Sequence record: SRR20825010_3726
DNA: 64,000 nt
Strand: one strand, 5' to 3'
Part shown: positions 48,898-59,047 of the stretch, piece after piece
Numbering within the stretch: the first letter of the stretch is position 1
How the letters are laid out: the number at the start of each line of letters is the position of its first letter
Notes under the pieces: generated by a model
The model's input: the letters and a program-made list of their open reading frames with translations, nothing else
Told to the model about the DNA's origin: nothing
The model's database searches: none
Made by a program: the position numbers and the translations under genes

Positions 48898-49578
48898 ATG
48901 ACCTCCGTGAGGAATGGCATCCCCCTGTGGTGGCTGGCGCTGGCCGCCACGCTGACGCCGCTGGTCACCATTCACGCAACCTTCGCGGTGTCGGTGCTGG
49001 AGGGGCATATTTCCTGGTGTATTCCCTATTGGGACAGTTGCACGAGCATTAGCCGCACCGGCCGATACGGTACCAGCTATTTCATTTTCAAGGGCACCAT
49101 GTTGCCGGCGGCGATTCTCGGCATTCTGTTCTGGGCTCTCAACGGTCGTTGGCTACAGCAGTTGGGTGCCACCAGCCGCGGTCGGCCCTGGATTCCCTGG
49201 CTAGGCTTCGTCGCGTGTACGTCGCTGGCTGCATACACACTGGCTTTGGGGCACGAAGGAGACGGTTTCAATCTGATTCGCCGGATAGGTGTCGTGCTGT
49301 ATTTTTCGCTGACGTTCATTGCACAGTTGCTGATCAGCTCGGCCCTGAAGGGACACCCGCGATGGTATGCCAATGGCCGGCGACTGTTGTGGCTGTGTGA
49401 GCTGATACTGGCGGTGGGTATTCTATCGGTTATCCTCACGGCCGTTGTGCCAGGGGTGTACAGCCAGATAGACGACGCCTTCGAGTGGATTTTGGCGTTT
49501 TTGATCAATCTTCATGCGATATGGGTCGCGGTATTGTGGAAACAGAGCCATTTCCGGGCGAGGCTGTGGGCCGAGTAG
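48898..49578 (+). CDS. Multi-pass membrane protein (Frag1/DRAM/Sfk1-like)
   Basis: About 6 TM, C.PY...C.SIS..G, ..EW motif. Confidence 0.6.
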   Translation: MTSVRNGIPLWWLALAATLTPLVTIHATFAVSVLEGHISWCIPYWDSCTSISRTGRYGTSYFIFKGTMLPAAILGILFWALNGRWLQQLGATSRGRPWIPWLGFVACTSLAAYTLALGHEGDGFNLIRRIGVVLYFSLTFIAQLLISSALKGHPRWYANGRRLLWLCELILAVGILSVILTAVVPGVYSQIDDAFEWILAFLINLHAIWVAVLWKQSHFRARLWAE

Positions 49579-49586
49579 TCCCGGGG

Positions 49587-50318
49587 TCAGAGCGACATCA
49601 GCCCGCGAACCAGTGCCGCCACACCCGCAACGGCGGCGATGCCAAGAATGACCGGCCTCAGTCCGTCAAAAGGCATGCGGTTGACCAGCTTGCCGGAAAG
49701 CCAGAAGCCGATGAGAACCCCCGGAAAGGTGACCGCAAACAACTGCAGCTCTCGCTGCCCCAGGTAGCCGGAAACCAGCAGGGCGGCAATACTGAAAAAA
49801 CTCGCCACCAGGAAGAAGGCCGACATATTGGCTCGCACCAGCGGCCCCTTCTGGTTCTGGTAGATCAGTGCAATCGGTGGGCCGCCAACGGCGGTAATGG
49901 TTCCCATGTAGGTCGAGGCAGCGCCGGCCAGGATACTGTTGCGAGCGTTCAGGGCAGGTCGCAAACCACCTGCGCTCAGTACTACGCCAATCAGGATCAG
50001 AACGCCGAACGCCAGCTCGAACCCCGTGGGTGAAATCAGCATCAGCGTGATCCCGGCCAGGATCATACCGCCAACGCCCCCGCCAATGGCAAAACGCACC
50101 TCGCGGACCTGTAACGCGCCCCGGTTCCTCAGTAGCATGAGAATCGTCAGCACCACGGCGTTCAGAACCAGCGGCGCCGGTATCAGTATGGGACTGATCA
50201 GGAACAGCAATGGTGCCGCCAGCGTACCGATGCCATAACCTGCCACGCCTTGCAAACAGGCGCCGGCCAGCAAAGCCAGGTTAGCAAGGAGTATCTGCAG
50301 CAGGGAGAGGTCAGTCAC
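49587..50318 (-). CDS. Sulfite exporter TauE/SafE family protein
   Basis: QG..G.G.G...AP.L, GGPP....Y, 8 TM. Confidence 0.82.
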   Translation of the reverse strand: MTDLSLLQILLANLALLAGACLQGVAGYGIGTLAAPLLFLISPILIPAPLVLNAVVLTILMLLRNRGALQVREVRFAIGGGVGGMILAGITLMLISPTGFELAFGVLILIGVVLSAGGLRPALNARNSILAGAASTYMGTITAVGGPPIALIYQNQKGPLVRANMSAFFLVASFFSIAALLVSGYLGQRELQLFAVTFPGVLIGFWLSGKLVNRMPFDGLRPVILGIAAVAGVAALVRGLMSL

Positions 50319-50458
50319 AATCGGGCTACTCGATCAGGTCTGTTGATGATTGTTGATAGCACAGCCGCAGGGCAACTAAAACTGTTAAAATGAATCATTT
50401 ACGTGTCCTGGGTCTGCCGGGTCCGTGAACAGCACTAACCGGCGATAAGGACGACCCG

Positions 50459-50917
50459 ATGGCGCCAGAGATTACCCCGGACGACTGCCCCTGTGGCAGC
50501 CGCCAACCGTACAGTACTTGTTGCGAGCCATGCCATCAGGGCAAACCGGCATCCTCACCGGAAGCCCTTATGCGATCTCGCTACAGCGCGTTTGTACTGA
50601 ATCTGACGGACTATCTGAAAGCCACATGGCACACCAGCACCCGGCCTCAAGACCTTGATCTGACCGAGGCGCCGAAGTGGGTGTCGCTGCAGGTACTGTC
50701 GTCAGATGAAGGTGAACACGAAGGCACGGTGCACTTTCGCGCCCTTTACCGGGCAGGCGGCGGCTGGGGGTATCTGGAAGAGAACTCCCGCTTCGTCCGC
50801 GACGATGAGCGCTGGTACTACGTGTCCGGCGATACCCGCGAAGGGACCCTCAAGCCTGGCCGGAACGAATCCTGCCCCTGCGGAAGTGGCAGAAAATACA
50901 AGGCCTGTTGTCTGTGA
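50459..50917 (+). CDS. ychJ: YchJ family SEC-C motif protein
   Basis: CPCGS..Y..CC, EALMRSRYSAF, GRN..CPCGSGRKYK.CC. Confidence 0.92.
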   Translation: MAPEITPDDCPCGSRQPYSTCCEPCHQGKPASSPEALMRSRYSAFVLNLTDYLKATWHTSTRPQDLDLTEAPKWVSLQVLSSDEGEHEGTVHFRALYRAGGGWGYLEENSRFVRDDERWYYVSGDTREGTLKPGRNESCPCGSGRKYKACCL

Positions 50918-51813
50918 AACATGCTACGCCTGATGCAGCAAAAGGCGTGGGTTTCGGCCTGGTCGCCTATACCTTGTGGGGCTGTTTCCCCATTTACTTC
51001 GCGCTTTTCGAGGGTGTGCCCTCTTACGAGGTGCTGGTTCACCGGATCGTCTGGTCCTGTGTTTTTCTCGCCATCGTGGTGAGCTTCCTGGGTCGCTGGA
51101 AACCCATCACTGCTGCGTTGGCACGCCCTAAAAAGCTTGGTTTCGTATTCGGCTGTGCGGTATTCATTGCGCTGAACTGGGGGGTCTATATCTATGCCGT
51201 GGAAACCCGTCATGTGCTCCAGGCGAGCCTGGGGTATTTCCTCACGCCCCTGGTGAATGTCGGTCTGGGCATGCTGGTGCTGCGTGAGAGCATTACCCGA
51301 CTGCAAATTGTGGCGGTTGCATTGGCGACCATCGCCATCCTTTATCAGCTTTTTCTGTTGGGCGTGGTGCCTTGGATCACCCTGGTACTTGCGTTCAGCT
51401 TCGGCACCTACGGCCTGCTTCGAAAGCAGGTGGAGCTGGATGGTCTTTCGGGCCTGTTTGTTGAGACGCTGCTTCTGTTACCGGTCGGCCTGCTGGCTCT
51501 CGGGGTTCTGGGCTCGGCCGGAGAATCCCACTTCAATGACAACATCACCATTGCCTTGCTTTTGATGTCCAGCGGTATCGTCACCGCCATCCCTCTGTTG
51601 TTCTTCGCCGGTGCGGCCCGACGGCTGCGCCTGGCAACCGTGGGCTTTCTGATGTACATCAACCCCACGCTGCAGTTCTTCATCGCGCTGTTTGTGTTTG
51701 ATGAACCCATGAGTGGGGAGAAGCTGGCGAGCTTCGTGATGATCTGGGTGGCGCTGGGGCTTTATTCCTGGTCGGCCTGGATGGGGCGTGGGATGAATCC
51801 TGTCCCCAAATAG
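50914..51813 (+). CDS. rarD: EamA-family transporter RarD
   Basis: AY..WG..P.YF, HR..WS, NW..YI.AV, SLGYF..PL, YGL.RK, Y.NPTLQF. Confidence 0.92.
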   Translation: MKHATPDAAKGVGFGLVAYTLWGCFPIYFALFEGVPSYEVLVHRIVWSCVFLAIVVSFLGRWKPITAALARPKKLGFVFGCAVFIALNWGVYIYAVETRHVLQASLGYFLTPLVNVGLGMLVLRESITRLQIVAVALATIAILYQLFLLGVVPWITLVLAFSFGTYGLLRKQVELDGLSGLFVETLLLLPVGLLALGVLGSAGESHFNDNITIALLLMSSGIVTAIPLLFFAGAARRLRLATVGFLMYINPTLQFFIALFVFDEPMSGEKLASFVMIWVALGLYSWSAWMGRGMNPVPK

Positions 51814-51820
51814 TGGATTG

Positions 51821-53182
51821 TCAGTCAATGCCGCCGAGGGACAGTATGTCAGCCCGTACGCGATGTTTCTCCACGGCAAGGTCTGAAATCAGCGTGTTCA
51901 GGCCCGCCACGGGCGCCAGCATGTCCGGCTCCGTGGCAATGCTGTTGCGAAAGGCCAGCAGCATGTCAATCTGCACTTGCAGGTCCTGAAAGTCTCCGAA
52001 CCGTTGTTGTCGATGTTTTAATGGCCTGAGCCTGTCGTGAAACGCCGGTTTGTTCAACTCGGCCAGGTAGCGTATGCGTTTCAGCCGTTTGCGCAGGTCG
52101 TGAAAGTGATCGTCCGGGGACTGTTCGTTCAGTTGCCGCGCCACGGCGTCGTGCTTGTGTATGTGCTTTTTCAGGGCTTTGTGGATGTCTTCGATAGCCA
52201 GTTTCCGGGTTATCTTCTTCAAGTGGCGGGAGGTGATAAGCTGGTACCACTCATCCATGTCTTTGCGGTATTGGCCGCTGCTCAGGCGTTTGGTCAGCTC
52301 CTGGTGTTCAATGTCTGCCAGGTTGGCAAAATAGCTGTGGGCGCCGGAGCTCACCAGGGCCAACCGGGTATCTTCCTCCAGTGGCCATTGCGCCAGGTCA
52401 CCCAGTAACACGTGAAGGTCTCTGAGCCGGCTGGTGGCTTGGCCATGCCGTTTCAGACTCTTGACGGCCTTGCGTAAATCGCTGTCACCACTGATGTCGA
52501 CAACTGCTTCGGCGATGGCCCGGCTGCGGCGAATGGCAATACGGTACTGATGCAGAAACTCGTCGTCGTACCCCTGCAATACGCCCGGTTCCAGATCCCT
52601 GATGCGTTGATACTGGTGTAACAGCGATTCCGGGATGTGCCATGCCAGCGGAGAGTGCTCGTCGATACGGATTTTCGTCCGTTTGCGATGAAACTGCTCA
52701 TAGCTGACGTCTTTGGGTGTCAGGAACCGTTCAAGCCGGCCCCTGTTCTTGCCGATCTCGCACCAGTGCTCTATGGGCAGGGTGATGTGCATGTAGCTGC
52801 ACGTGGGGAAGGTGTCGGGTGCGTGCTTCAGCAGTAAGCCTGCCAGATCCTCCAGCGCAGGGTTGTGGCCAATCAGGGTAATGCTGTCTTCGTTCCGGTC
52901 GCGCAGCCAGTCGAGCACGACCTCATGGTTGAACGTGTATAGAACAGGCGCCAGTTTGACGGCGTTTTGATGGTTGCTCGGGATCAGGCCTTCCAGGGTT
53001 TGTTGTGCGCGGGTGGCATTGCTGCAGTAGACCGTTCCATCGAACGCCCCATCCGCACGGATTGCCCTGCTCATGGGAGCCAGCTGTTTCAGGCCCCGGT
53101 TGTTGAGGGGGCGCTGGTGATCACGAAGGCCATCATCGGCCCAGCTGGATTTGGCGTGGCGAATCAAATAGAGGTGTTTCAT
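51821..53182 (-). CDS. SixA-type histidine phosphatase fused to a CHAD domain
   Basis: N-terminal L.RHAKSSW..D..RPL..RG, S.A.R..QT, GHNP; C-terminal LHQ.R...RR.R, R..RD..V, H..RK..KR.RY, Q..G...D. Confidence 0.85.
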   Translation of the reverse strand: MKHLYLIRHAKSSWADDGLRDHQRPLNNRGLKQLAPMSRAIRADGAFDGTVYCSNATRAQQTLEGLIPSNHQNAVKLAPVLYTFNHEVVLDWLRDRNEDSITLIGHNPALEDLAGLLLKHAPDTFPTCSYMHITLPIEHWCEIGKNRGRLERFLTPKDVSYEQFHRKRTKIRIDEHSPLAWHIPESLLHQYQRIRDLEPGVLQGYDDEFLHQYRIAIRRSRAIAEAVVDISGDSDLRKAVKSLKRHGQATSRLRDLHVLLGDLAQWPLEEDTRLALVSSGAHSYFANLADIEHQELTKRLSSGQYRKDMDEWYQLITSRHLKKITRKLAIEDIHKALKKHIHKHDAVARQLNEQSPDDHFHDLRKRLKRIRYLAELNKPAFHDRLRPLKHRQQRFGDFQDLQVQIDMLLAFRNSIATEPDMLAPVAGLNTLISDLAVEKHRVRADILSLGGID

Positions 53183-53262
53183 CCGTGCCCCTGAAACTGG
53201 TTTTATTGGGCCAGGTTTGATGAATCGGACGTTTGGGGCTAGACCTTTAGTCTAACGCTGGT

Positions 53263-53289
53263 TCAAGTCCATCCGCTACCGGCCGTTAA
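53263..53289 (+). promoter_or_regulatory. Putative sigma28 (FliA) promoter of the Cache chemoreceptor
   Basis: TCAAG-N14-GCCGTTAA versus consensus TCAAG/TAAA-N14/15-GCCGATAA. Confidence 0.55.
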
Positions 53290-53446
53290 GACTTTTAACA
53301 ATAAAAGCAAATGCATGAATGAGTTGTGGCAGTGTCGCAGCTTTACACCCCGAAGTCGCACACACCGGTATTACAAACTGGAACACACCCTGGGTGCCCG
53401 GTTGTGGATAATTACGCTGAACATTTGATCTCATACGGAGAACTTC

Positions 53447-55126
53447 TTGATGACATTGCTGAGCCGGTTACGCATTCGTTCCCGTCTTCTGCTGGGCGTT
53501 CTGATCCCGGTAGTAATAACGGCGGCAACCCTTGCCTGGATTACGGTCGCCCAGATCAAAAGCGGTGGTGAGGCTGAGCTTGAGCGCCTTGAAGCAAGTT
53601 TGCTTGAGGCACGAAAGGAAGGTGTAAAGAACCTTGTGGATACTGCGCGCTCTCTGGTTTTGAACGCCAAGAACAATCCGGATCTTTCGGATCGCGAAGC
53701 GAAGGAGGAAGCACGGAAGCGTCTGCGTTCAATCAGGTACGAGGGCGGAAACTATGTTTTCGCATATGCTCGCGACCTGGAAAATCTGGCCTACGCCCCC
53801 GACCCTTCTCGCGAAGGCCCCACAACCAATCCAGACGTGCAGAAACTGGTTCGGTCACTGTTCAATGCGGCCGAGGATGGTGGTTTTTTCGGTTACGACT
53901 GGCCCAATCCAGAGTCAGGCGAGGTAGAACCAAAGGTGTCTTATTCAACGATTATTCCAGATTGGGACTGGATGATTGGCACTGGCGTTTATGTCACTGA
54001 CATTGACCGGGTTGTTTCTGCCGCTCGCGCGGATATTGAAGCGGAGATAGCCGAAACCCTCGGTTTTATCGTTCTGGTTACGGTGGTTGTGGTGATTATC
54101 GCACTGCTCATCGGCATGTTTGTCGGCCGTACGGTAACGAAGCCGCTGAACACCGTTATTGCCATGATGAAGGACATCGCCGAGGGTGAGGGCGACCTCC
54201 GCCACCGTCTGCCGGACGAAGGAAACGACGAACTCGCCGAGCTTGGGCGTCGCTTCAACGCCTTCGTGGTGAAAATCCAGGACACCATCCGCGATGTCGG
54301 CGCGACCACTGACCAGGTTGCCTCGGCCGCGGAAGAGCTCAGCCGTGTTGCCAATGAAACCCGTGCGTCGGTACAAGAGCAGGGTTCGGAAACCGATCAG
54401 ATTGCCTCCGCCATTAATGAGATGGCGGCCACGATCCAGCAGATTTCCGGCAATGCCAACTCGGTGGAAAGCGCCGCCTCTGACGCCGACAGGCTTGCAC
54501 GGGATGGCGGCGAGACCATTGCCAACGCACAGGCGTCCGTCAATCAGTTGTCGGAGGAGATTGAGTCCAGCTCTGGCCGTATCAGTAATCTTGCTGAGAA
54601 AACCGACGAGATTACCCAGGTGCTGGACGTCATCCACGCCGTCACTGACCAGACCAACCTGCTGGCCCTTAACGCAGCCATTGAGGCCGCCCGGGCCGGT
54701 GAGCATGGCCGTGGTTTCTCGGTGGTTGCCGATGAAGTCCGCCAGCTGGCCAAACGCAGTGCGGAATCCGCTGATCAGATTCGCGGTATGATTGACGGCT
54801 TCGTGACCGAGTCCCGCGCGGCGGTCGAGCGGATGGACGCGTCCCGCCAACGCTCCAGTGAAACGGTTGAGCGTATCAATCACGCCACTGACGCCCTGCG
54901 CACCATTGAGAAGTCTGTGGGCCATATTCATGATCAGGTGACCCAGATTGCCACCGCGGCGGAACAGCAAAGCCAGGTGGCCGAGGAAATCAACCAGAAC
55001 GTGGTGCGCATCGTGGACGCGGCGCAGCGTAGCGATACTGGTGTGAACCAGACCAACGAGGCGAGCCACGAGTTGGCGCGGCTTGGTGAGAGTCTGCGTG
55101 AGCTGGTAGGCCAGTTCAAGGTATAG
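53447..55126 (+). CDS. Methyl-accepting chemotaxis protein with single Cache domain and HAMP
   Basis: TM, Cache (Y.WP.P.....PK.SY....W.W..GTG.Y), [29 protein letters not shown]. Confidence 0.92.
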   Translation: MMTLLSRLRIRSRLLLGVLIPVVITAATLAWITVAQIKSGGEAELERLEASLLEARKEGVKNLVDTARSLVLNAKNNPDLSDREAKEEARKRLRSIRYEGGNYVFAYARDLENLAYAPDPSREGPTTNPDVQKLVRSLFNAAEDGGFFGYDWPNPESGEVEPKVSYSTIIPDWDWMIGTGVYVTDIDRVVSAARADIEAEIAETLGFIVLVTVVVVIIALLIGMFVGRTVTKPLNTVIAMMKDIAEGEGDLRHRLPDEGNDELAELGRRFNAFVVKIQDTIRDVGATTDQVASAAEELSRVANETRASVQEQGSETDQIASAINEMAATIQQISGNANSVESAASDADRLARDGGETIANAQASVNQLSEEIESSSGRISNLAEKTDEITQVLDVIHAVTDQTNLLALNAAIEAARAGEHGRGFSVVADEVRQLAKRSAESADQIRGMIDGFVTESRAAVERMDASRQRSSETVERINHATDALRTIEKSVGHIHDQVTQIATAAEQQSQVAEEINQNVVRIVDAAQRSDTGVNQTNEASHELARLGESLRELVGQFKV

Positions 55127-55229
55127 AACCGTTGCTTCTGGTCGGTCGACGATTGGCGTCAGCCGGCCAGCAAGCTATGATGTGGGCGATCTGATCCGAC
55201 CACTACAAAAAACGGAACCTGACCTCGCT

Positions 55230-56300
55230 ATGACTATTCGCAAATCTTTCATGACCGTCCTGGCATTGGTGTTCGCGCTGGCAAGCGCGTCGCTGTCGGC
55301 CCAGGAAACCTATACGCTTCGCCTCGCAGAAACCTGGGGGCCCAACTCTCCGATTCTGGGTGAAACAACGCGCCACATGGCCTCGATGGCTGAGAAGATG
55401 TCGGGCGGCCGCCTGCAGTTCCGCATTGACTCATCCAACAAGCACAAGGCGCCATTCGGTATTTTCGATATGGTGAAGGCGGGCCAGTACGATATGGGGC
55501 ATACCGCCTCGTATTACTACAAAGGCTCGATTCCCAATGCCATGTATTTCACCACCGTTCCCTTCGGGATGATTGCACCTGAACAATACGCCTGGTTTTA
55601 CTACGGTGGCGGCATGGAATTGATGGAAAAGGTATATCGTCCCCATGGCTTGCTGTCGTTCCCCGGTGGCAATACCGGCAACCAGATGGGTGGCTGGTTC
55701 CGCGAGGAAATCAACAGTGTTGAGGACCTCCAGGGTTTGAAAATGCGCACACCCGGGTTCGCCGGCGAAGTGATGTCCGAAGTGGGCGTTGCGGTGACCA
55801 ACATCCCCCCTGGGGAGCTCTACAGCGCGCTGGAGCGAGGCACGATTGACGCTCTGGAGTGGGTCGGCCCGGCACTGGATTTTCAGATGGGCTTCCATCA
55901 GATCGCAAAGTACTACTACTCCGGCTGGCAGGAGCCTGGCGCTGAAGTTCAGTTCCTGATTAACGAGAAAACCTGGAACAAGCTTCCCGAAGAGCTCCAG
56001 GAAGTACTGCGGGTGGCTATGCGGACCGCCGCCTACGACATGTACATCCAGAGCATGCATAAAAGTGGCGTGGCCTGGGATCGTATGAAGGAAGACTATC
56101 CGGATGTCACCCATAAAACCTTCCCGCCAGAGGTCATTGAAGCGCTTCGTGATGCCACAGAGAAGCTGTTGGCCGAAGAGGCGGAGAAGGATGAACTGGC
56201 ACGGGAAATCATCACTTCCCAGCAGGATTATCTGAAGCAGGTTCGTCAGTGGACCAACATTTCCGATAAGGCCTATCTGAACAGCGTTTCGGGTGAATGA
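55230..56300 (+). CDS. TRAP transporter substrate-binding protein (DctP/TakP-like), no dctQM nearby
   Basis: Signal peptide, SGGRL, YY.G, PFG, GNTG.QMGGWF, GLKMR.PG, E.Y.ALE.G.IDA.EW.GP. Confidence 0.9.
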   Translation: MTIRKSFMTVLALVFALASASLSAQETYTLRLAETWGPNSPILGETTRHMASMAEKMSGGRLQFRIDSSNKHKAPFGIFDMVKAGQYDMGHTASYYYKGSIPNAMYFTTVPFGMIAPEQYAWFYYGGGMELMEKVYRPHGLLSFPGGNTGNQMGGWFREEINSVEDLQGLKMRTPGFAGEVMSEVGVAVTNIPPGELYSALERGTIDALEWVGPALDFQMGFHQIAKYYYSGWQEPGAEVQFLINEKTWNKLPEELQEVLRVAMRTAAYDMYIQSMHKSGVAWDRMKEDYPDVTHKTFPPEVIEALRDATEKLLAEEAEKDELAREIITSQQDYLKQVRQWTNISDKAYLNSVSGE

Positions 56301-57427
56301 AAGAGACGCTTCTCTCGTTGAAAAACGTCTCCAAGGCGTTTGACGACAAAACCGTGTTGAACTCGCTGGACCTGGACATCCTGGACGGCGAGTTCATCAC
56401 TCTTCTGGGGCCGTCGGGTTGCGGCAAAACCACCCTGCTGCGCCTGATGGCGGGTTTTGAGCAGCCAGACACCGGGGCAGTCAGCCTGTCTGGCCATGAC
56501 ATTACCCATGCCGCCCCCGAACACCGCCCCCTGAATACCGTGTTCCAGAACTACGCGTTGTTTCCCCATATGTCGGTGTACGACAACGTCGCCTATGGCC
56601 TGAAGATGGAGAAACGGCCCAGGGACGAAATTCGCCAGCGCGTGGATGAAGTGCTTGCCATGGTGCAACTGCAGGATTTCGCCCGCCGCAAACCGCATCA
56701 ACTCTCTGGTGGACAGCAGCAACGGGTGGCCATTGCCCGTGCCGTGGTCAAGCGTCCGCAACTTCTGTTGCTGGATGAGCCTCTGTCTGCGCTTGACTAC
56801 AAGTTGCGCCGGACCATGCAAGTGGAGTTGAAGCGACTGCAACGGGAGCTGGGCATCACGTTTGTATTCGTGACCCACGATCAGGAAGAAGCCCTGTCGA
56901 TGTCGGACCGGGTGGTGGTCCTGAAAGACGGCGCGATTCAACAGCTGGGTACGCCCCGGGAAATCTATGAGCGGCCCGCCAATCTCTTTACGGCGCGCTT
57001 CGTCGGGGAGACCAACCTCTTTCCGGGATATCTGACCTCGGTTGAAGATACTGGCATTACCCTGGATATCCTGGGCCTGAGCCGTACCCTTCAGAAGCCC
57101 GGGTTTACGCTGCGCAAAGGTGAGCAGGTGAATGTCCTGCTGCGTCCGGAGGATATTCGTGTGCTGGCTCCTGAAGACGAAAAGGGTCTGGCCGGCAGGA
57201 TTGTGGAGCGAAACTACAAGGGCAGCACGCTGGACTCAGTGATTCATCTTGAGGACGGTACTGAAGTGCTGGCCAGTGAGTTTTTTGATGAGGACGATCC
57301 TGCCTTTGACTATAAACTGGGCGAGCCCGTGCGGGTCAGTTGGGTCGACGGCTGGGAATGGTTGTTGCCGGTTGAACTGGAGCCCGTCAACAACGACGCA
57401 GAAGAAGGGCTGAGTACGAATGCATAG
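56297..57427 (+). CDS. potA: Spermidine/putrescine ABC transporter ATPase
   Basis: [50 protein letters not shown]. Confidence 0.92.
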   Translation: MKETLLSLKNVSKAFDDKTVLNSLDLDILDGEFITLLGPSGCGKTTLLRLMAGFEQPDTGAVSLSGHDITHAAPEHRPLNTVFQNYALFPHMSVYDNVAYGLKMEKRPRDEIRQRVDEVLAMVQLQDFARRKPHQLSGGQQQRVAIARAVVKRPQLLLLDEPLSALDYKLRRTMQVELKRLQRELGITFVFVTHDQEEALSMSDRVVVLKDGAIQQLGTPREIYERPANLFTARFVGETNLFPGYLTSVEDTGITLDILGLSRTLQKPGFTLRKGEQVNVLLRPEDIRVLAPEDEKGLAGRIVERNYKGSTLDSVIHLEDGTEVLASEFFDEDDPAFDYKLGEPVRVSWVDGWEWLLPVELEPVNNDAEEGLSTNA

Positions 57428-58280
57428 GGTGTTACAGCAGCCCTTCAAAACCGCAGTGCTGATTCTGGTCTGGGGCTGGTTGTTGCTTCTTGTGCTCACC
57501 CCGAACCTACTGGTGGTGGGTGCCAGTGTGATGACACGAGACCCCGGCACCTTCCTCTCGTTGCCGCTGAACCTGGACAGTTACCGGCAGTTGTTCGACC
57601 CGCTGTACCTGGACGTGTTCCTGAACTCCCTCTACATGGCCGGCATGACGACCGTCTTCTGCCTGCTGATAGGATATCCCTTTGCCTGGGCATTATCGGG
57701 CCTGGGCAAACAGCGCCAGATGCTGCTGATTTTCCTGTTGATTGTGCCTTTCTGGACCAATTCCCTGGTGCGCACCTACGCCCTGAAACTGCTGCTGGCC
57801 ACCAACGGCCTGATCAACAATGCACTCATGGGGTTGGGGCTGATCAACGAGCCGCTGAGAATGCTCTACACCGAAGGTGCTGTGATCATCGGGCTGGTAT
57901 ACCTGCTGCTGCCGTTCATGATCCTGCCTCTGTACTCCGTGTTCGATGACCTGAGGAAAGAGCTGCTGATGGCCTCGCACGACCTGGGAGCGGGAAAGCT
58001 TTCGACGTTCCTGCACGTGACGATACCCCTGACCTTGCCGGGCGTGCTGGCGGGCGTGATGCTGGTGCTGTTGCCTGCCATGGGCCTGTTCTTCGTGGCG
58101 GACATACTGGGTGGTTCCCGCAATCTGCTGGTCGGCAATGTCATCAAGAACCAGTTCCTGGACGCCCGTGACTGGCCCTTCGGTGCCGCCGCCAGCATTC
58201 TGTTGACGGTTGCCATGGCTGTCCTGCTGTTTGCGCACCGGCTCAGCCAGCGGCGGCTCGGTGAGGAGGCCAGGGCATGA
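57420..58280 (+). CDS. potB: Spermidine/putrescine ABC permease
   Basis: PFWTNSL.R.Y, LPFM.LPLY, DLGA, Q.L..RDWPFG.A. Confidence 0.92.
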   Translation: MHRVLQQPFKTAVLILVWGWLLLLVLTPNLLVVGASVMTRDPGTFLSLPLNLDSYRQLFDPLYLDVFLNSLYMAGMTTVFCLLIGYPFAWALSGLGKQRQMLLIFLLIVPFWTNSLVRTYALKLLLATNGLINNALMGLGLINEPLRMLYTEGAVIIGLVYLLLPFMILPLYSVFDDLRKELLMASHDLGAGKLSTFLHVTIPLTLPGVLAGVMLVLLPAMGLFFVADILGGSRNLLVGNVIKNQFLDARDWPFGAAASILLTVAMAVLLFAHRLSQRRLGEEARA

Positions 58281-59047
58281 ATCGCTGGCTGCCGAAAACC
58301 TATCTCACCCTGGTGTATGTGTTGCTCTACCTGCCGATCCTGGTGCTGGTGGTGTTTTCGTTTAACAGTTCCCGCACCGGGTACCGCTGGGGCGGGCTCA
58401 GTCTGCAATGGTACGAGTCGCTGTTCAATAACCACGCCATGGTCCAGGCCATGTGGAATTCCCTCTGGCTGGCACTGGCGGCGGCCACGGTATCGACCAT
58501 TATTGGCGCGCTGACAGCGTTGGCTCTTCACCGGTATCGCTTTCGTGGCAAGCGTGTGCTGCGCGGGATGCTGTTTGTGGTGATGATGTCGCCCGAGATT
58601 GTATTGGCCATCTCTTTGCTGGTGTTGTTCCTGTTGGTGGGCCTGCAACTGGGGTTTGTCTCTCTGCTGCTGGCCCACGTAACCTTCTGCCTGCCATTTG
58701 TGGTGATCACCGTAATGGCACGATTGAGCGGGTTCGATGAAAGCCTGCCCGAAGCGGCGCGGGATCTGGGCGCCAATGATTTCACCATGACCCGCACGGT
58801 ACTGATTCCGGTAATCATGCCAGCATTGCTGGCTGGATGGCTGTTGGGCTTCACCCTGTCACTGGACGATGTGGTGGTGAGCACCTTTGTGAGTGGCCCC
58901 AGCTATGAAATTCTGCCACTTCGCATCTACTCTATGGTGCGTGTGGGCCTTAAGCCGGAAGTGAATGCCCTGGGCACCCTGCTGCTGGTGTTTTCCCTGG
59001 CAATGTTGATGCTGTCCCAATGGATACTGACAAGGAGCAAACGATGA
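58277..59047 (+). CDS. potC: Spermidine/putrescine ABC permease
   Basis: SFN.S, PEIV.A, H.TFCLP.V, EAA.DLGA, FTLSLDD, PEVNAL. Confidence 0.92.
   Translation: MNRWLPKTYLTLVYVLLYLPILVLVVFSFNSSRTGYRWGGLSLQWYESLFNNHAMVQAMWNSLWLALAAATVSTIIGALTALALHRYRFRGKRVLRGMLFVVMMSPEIVLAISLLVLFLLVGLQLGFVSLLLAHVTFCLPFVVITVMARLSGFDESLPEAARDLGANDFTMTRTVLIPVIMPALLAGWLLGFTLSLDDVVVSTFVSGPSYEILPLRIYSMVRVGLKPEVNALGTLLLVFSLAMLMLSQWILTRSKR

Noticed and set aside
53945-55069. 374-aa ORF antisense to the Cache MCP, resembling the antisense ORF at 429-1010
   Set aside because: The similarity only mirrors the conserved MCP signalling domain on the opposite strand
55204-55218. TACAAAAAACGGAAC, similar to the distal XylS-like site at the porin (a related TACAAAAACGGATT is at 8750)
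   Set aside because: Single copies without the 21-bp partner; one is about 11 nt from the start codon, the other has the wrong spacing and orientation
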